This document shows, piece by piece, positions 59,901-64,000 of a DNA stretch of 64,000 nucleotides. The notes beneath the pieces were generated by a model. That model did not search any database, was not told the DNA's origin, and saw only the letters and a list, made by a program, of their open reading frames with translations. Positions within the stretch are counted from its first letter, which is position 1. Every line of letters begins with the position of its first letter. Source of the stretch: Amoebophrya sp. A120 (taxonomy: Eukaryota > Protista > Dinoflagellata); NCBI GenBank assembly GCA_905178155.1, contig CAJINV010000002.1, positions 8,699,224 through 8,763,223 on the forward strand, written 5' to 3'. Both the position numbers and the translations under genes were made by a program.

Positions 59901-62900
59901 AGCGGGGAGCGCTTCTACGGTGAGGTAGTCGTGAACCTGCTCCTGCAGCCAGTAAACCGCATGCAACACTTGGTGTCTCAACGCCGCAGCTGGCATCTTG
60001 TTGTCCCCTAGTTTCGCGGCAGTTCTTGGAGCTGCGGCCATCAGGGGGCTGTGCTGGTTCTGTGGTAGTTCACCCTCATCTTCCCCTGTGCTTGCCCGCT
60101 CTAGGATTGCCGTGAATTTCTGCTGCCAACATTCAGCATAAGAACGACGGTAGTACTGTGTGAGGCTCTGGCCTGCGAGCGCGGTCTTTGGAGGCAGGGG
60201 CAGCTCTCTAATAAAGGGCCGCGACTGCCCAACCGAAAAGGCTGGATCAGCAGAACTACTAGTGGGCGTTCTTCCTTCTATCCCATCCTGCCACGACTGG
60301 GGTCTTTGTCCAGTACCACCAGTACGATCGCAGCCAATGTCCAGCTTTTCTTCCCCATCCGCCGGCTCGGTCCCGATCACCCGCGAAAGCCTGATCTCCT
60401 CGCTGTGAACCTGGATGCGCTGCAGGCAGGTCTTCACGTCGTGGCACAGATTGGACACGGACGTCCCTCCGGGAGTCGTTTGCCGCTCGAATGCCAGGGT
60501 TCGAACCCCTTGCTGGAGGTCCCCCGTGGCCACCGTGACGGCCCGCATGTCGTCCCGGTCGAGGACGTTGTTCTTCAGAAAGTGAAACAGCTTCGCAAAC
60601 TCCTCGCCCCGCCACAGATTGTTCAGCTGCTGCTGCTTTTCCACCGTCACCAAGGACGACAGATGCTCGTCCAACTGGTCCAAGTCCAAGCCCTCAGTGG
60701 AAATGCCGAATTCCAGCTCCAAATTCTCCCACATCCGCCAAGTCGCGGTAAGCACTCTCTCGTGCAGATACGCGAGCGAGAACACTTGTTGCAGCGCCTT
60801 TTCCAACTCGTCTCCTCTGCGGGCGACGTCGCGATTGTTGCTCCGCTTCAGCCCGGCGAACTCCTGTCTCTTTTCCGCTACAAAATTGTACACCAGTAGC
60901 CTCGCTTCCTTGGCCGCAATGTAGAGGATGAGCGCAGCCAGGGACTCCTCACTCTGCGGGAAGTCCTGCCCATTCAGCGCGGTGTGCAGAAAATGCTCCG
61001 GCACTCCGGAGCCAAGGAGTAGTGCCATCGTCTCGTCAAGGGTGGCCTGGTTCCTGCCGTCCATCGATTGTAAACTGTCACGCACCACGTCGCCGAACCC
61101 GCGGAAATCCTTCTCGTCTTCCAGCATCGGAATCTTCAGCAAGGAAAAAATCTCTACTTCTAGAAGAAGCCCGCCGTCAACCTGCTGCTGGTTCGGGGCC
61201 AGTTGTCGTGGTCCTTCATCTGCACTAGGAGCAAAAACCTCGCCGCTCTGCTCGATATGTAGACCAGGCTGTGGCTGCTGCTTATGATTAGCGGCACGTT
61301 CCTCCGGTTCTACCACGATTTGGCTCGTCTCCGCTGCCCCTCGTTCTTGGTCACTTTTGTAATTGTCGAAGCGGCGCTCGAAGATGGTCTGGCCCTGGCC
61401 GCTGCCCAAGGCCGAGAAATTATCGTCTCGACGTGGTGGTAAAACGTCTGGTGGCCCAGCTCGCAAGGACTCAAACATAGAATAGCCATCCTCGAGCTTG
61501 TCAGAAAAGGAGCCCACGTTTATGGAGGACTCTTGTGCACTTTCGGGGAAGGTCCTCAGCCGCACCTGCGCCATGGAGACAGTCTGTTCTTTGGGTGTGG
61601 AACCATCTGAATGGGCAAGGAGGTCGGCATCCGTCAGCGACCGCGCTCTCGTCGTGTCCGGTCTTCTGGTGTGGGGGTAAAACCCGCGAGTCGTCACTCC
61701 GGAATCTTCGGACGCCGCGCCCTCGTCTGCGCCGTCGCGTCCCGCAATCCGCTCGCTTTCGGCTATCATGGCCGCTAAGGAGTCCGAGGACTCGTTACGC
61801 TGGACTGCTTGTGATCGGTGGCTCTTCTGGCTCAACAACGAGATCCGGGCGGCCGAGCCGCGGCCTGAAGTCGTGACACCCGACTCGCGCCCAACGTCGT
61901 CAATAGTTTCTAAATGCGTTGAAATCGTCTCCGGGCTTTCTTTATCGTTCATCTCGTCGTCCTCCTCGTGCCCCCGGCCAGCCAGGGTTTCAGCGCTCTG
62001 CTGGTTGATGGAGAGGTTGCTGCGCGTCTTGGACGAGTTTCGCCGCGACATGATGGCGCTTTGGGTCTGGTCGAGCCAGCTGCTGCTCGCACTACTACCC
62101 ACGCTCTGCGCACTGCGCGTGCGGGTAAACCCAAAGTCGGGCAGTTCGCTCAGTGTGCTGCATACGCTTTGCGCGTCCTGGTGTTGCAGCAAACTCTGCC
62201 CGAGCTGCAGCCGCGCCTTCTGCAGCCGTGCCTCGTGGTACAACGAAAATCGCTTTTTGTCAAAATGCAAAACTACGTATCACGGTTGTCCTCGACCTGA
62301 TCATCCATCGTGATCCATCAACATGATCAACATTCACAGGAAAGATTTAAGATGCACATACCAGAATCTTTCCGCTCAATAAAAAATAAGCAAGAAATAA
62401 ATCTGGATTAATATGTGCCGTGCGTCATCTCCTTCCAAAATGACACGCACTGCTGCTCCTGCTGCATCCGTTTCTAGACTCTTTCCGACTCGGCGTTTCA
62501 TTTTGAAACCACATCGGCCTCGGCGTCACAATGCCTATGTCTATGTCAACGCAGATATTACTTACAATCGATACGATACACTCAATGAAATACAAGGCGA
62601 GTACAAGCTTCTTCGATAGTCTTAAAACTATCTGGCGAGCCAGGAACTGTTTACATGCTGTGTGTTTTCCTCTAGGTTAATTGCCTGCACTGGGTTGGTC
62701 GCCAGCCGCATCACTCTTGTCCGAACGCGGCCCGTTTTAGCTGCGCGCGAACAATCGTTTAGTGTCCACCAGGGCTACCACCTGTCCGCCCTTAGTGTTC
62801 AAGAGATCAAGAGCAATCCCTAGCCACCAATCAAACCATCGAGGGTCAATAGCAAAAGGCTAAGATCTGCCAAAAGCCATCTTCCTTCGGCGTCGAAGAG

Positions 62901-64000
62901 GAAAACACACCCCAAGCTAATGCCCAGCCACTTCTTCCGCGCTAGGCTAAGAAGCGGACACATAAATCGCCACCGAGCGCCGTGATCAACTCGAAGTTAT
63001 TCACACTTTGCTGCGGTCAACCATCCTACCTAGTCGGGGTGTCGCTGCTTTACGTCTCTGGGCGTAGTCTCAATGAAATACAAACCTAACTTCACGCACG
63101 ATGCCCAGCACGAGCACGACCGTGACACTTTTTTGCATGATGCGTATTGTGCGGCACTGATCAACAACTTTTCCTCGCGTATTGCAGCCTCGCAGGCAGC
63201 ATAGTCCTGGTCGTCATCCGGGGAGCGGTAGCGGGGTATCCTAGATAAAATGTCCGTCACCTGCATCAATTCGTAACCGACTGTCAAATACTGCTCACCT
63301 CAAGTTCAACACATTACCATGCATAGCAGTAGCACGGAGCATGCCAAAGAAAAACTGATGTTGGCGACGGAAATTTCATTTCCGATACGATGCTGCTCTA
63401 GCTCACTGGCAGTACCATCTTCCTCGTCCCCTTCGCTGTCGCTGACGGGTTCCGGGCTGCTTTCCTCACTAGCCTGCCCTTCCTGCGCAGCGAAAACCGT
63501 TCCAAATTCGCGCGCCAATTCCCCGCCCGAGGAATCGAGCAGCTGCGGGTAATCTATTTGCGGACCACTGCTGACCTCCTCGTCGTGTGCTCCTTGCACA
63601 GCACCGCTTGCGGCTAGAGGCATCGTCGTCTGCAGCCCCCGCCCGTGGTGCCACTGTTCCTCAATCTTTGGCACAACTACTTGAGCCGACTCAAGAGAAG
63701 ACCTTTGCACCCCGTCGTCCTCAAGCGTCATCATGGTTCGAAAGGACTCTGACAGCGATTGCAAAATGGCTGCTTGCGTCTGGACGTCGTCGTCAGCTTC
63801 GACCACGTAGTCGTGCGCGCTGCTTTCCTCTGCTGCCCCGACGAGGTGGCCCACTGCAGTTGCAGCTGCCTGCGTCGCCATTGGCTGCTCTCGTTTGGCA
63901 TGATCCTGCTGCTGCTGCTGCTGCTGCTCCACTTCCTTCTCCAGTTGCGCTGCGAGAGCGTCCCTTGCTACATGCATGTCTAGCAGCTCCACATCGGTGT
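50905..64000 (-). CDS. Giant multi-exon hypothetical protein, 5' end beyond the window; UIM-like motif near 5' part
   Basis: ORFs 56388-62270, 55016-56461 and 52178-54784 join via plausible GT-AG introns 56479-56650 and 54785-55102. Possible intron 52011-52234 then introner 51586-51906 lead to ORF ending 50905. Links across 62280-63300 unresolved, so it could be more than one gene. Confidence 0.55.
51586..51906. mobile_element. TIR introner, family E (D-related; 321 bp, TSD CTTGT)
   Basis: TATCGTGAGCAAAAATCCCTCCTCCCCATATCGAAA / rc TATCAAAAGGAAAAATTCCCCCTCCCCATATCAAAA; CTTGT at 51581-51585 and 51907-51911; join EVKGTS-SGKSRT. Confidence 0.9.

Overview
Gene-dense eukaryotic genomic DNA. All ~11 credible genes lie on the minus strand. 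The strand uniformity, huge low-complexity ORFs and non-canonical introns fit a syndinian/dinoflagellate such as Amoebophrya (inference). The main structure missed by the ORF track is a set of 13 non-autonomous TIR elements (150-321 bp; one expanded to 1364 bp). All have TAY...RTA termini and a 5-bp target-site duplication, and all sit inside coding exons. Removing each element plus one TSD copy restores the reading frame in all 13 cases, yet no boundary register gives GT-AG, GC-AG or AT-AC. They fall into 4-5 TIR families, occur in both orientations and share an internal GCATNACAA motif. One of them (28049-29412) carries a nested 1121-bp non-coding insert flanked by a 16-bp direct repeat that overlaps this shared motif. 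The insert contains a duplicated, covarying multi-hairpin module with C-TACAG-G loops and is the best candidate for an undescribed element parasitising introners. Recognisable genes are an RNase PH-fold exosome subunit, a PhyH-type 2OG-Fe(II) dioxygenase, a DUF1624/HGSNAT-like membrane acyltransferase, and a CCCH zinc finger + ERI1-like (probably pseudo-)exonuclease with a prion-like tail, interrupted by 7 introners. All calls are by eye, without database searches.
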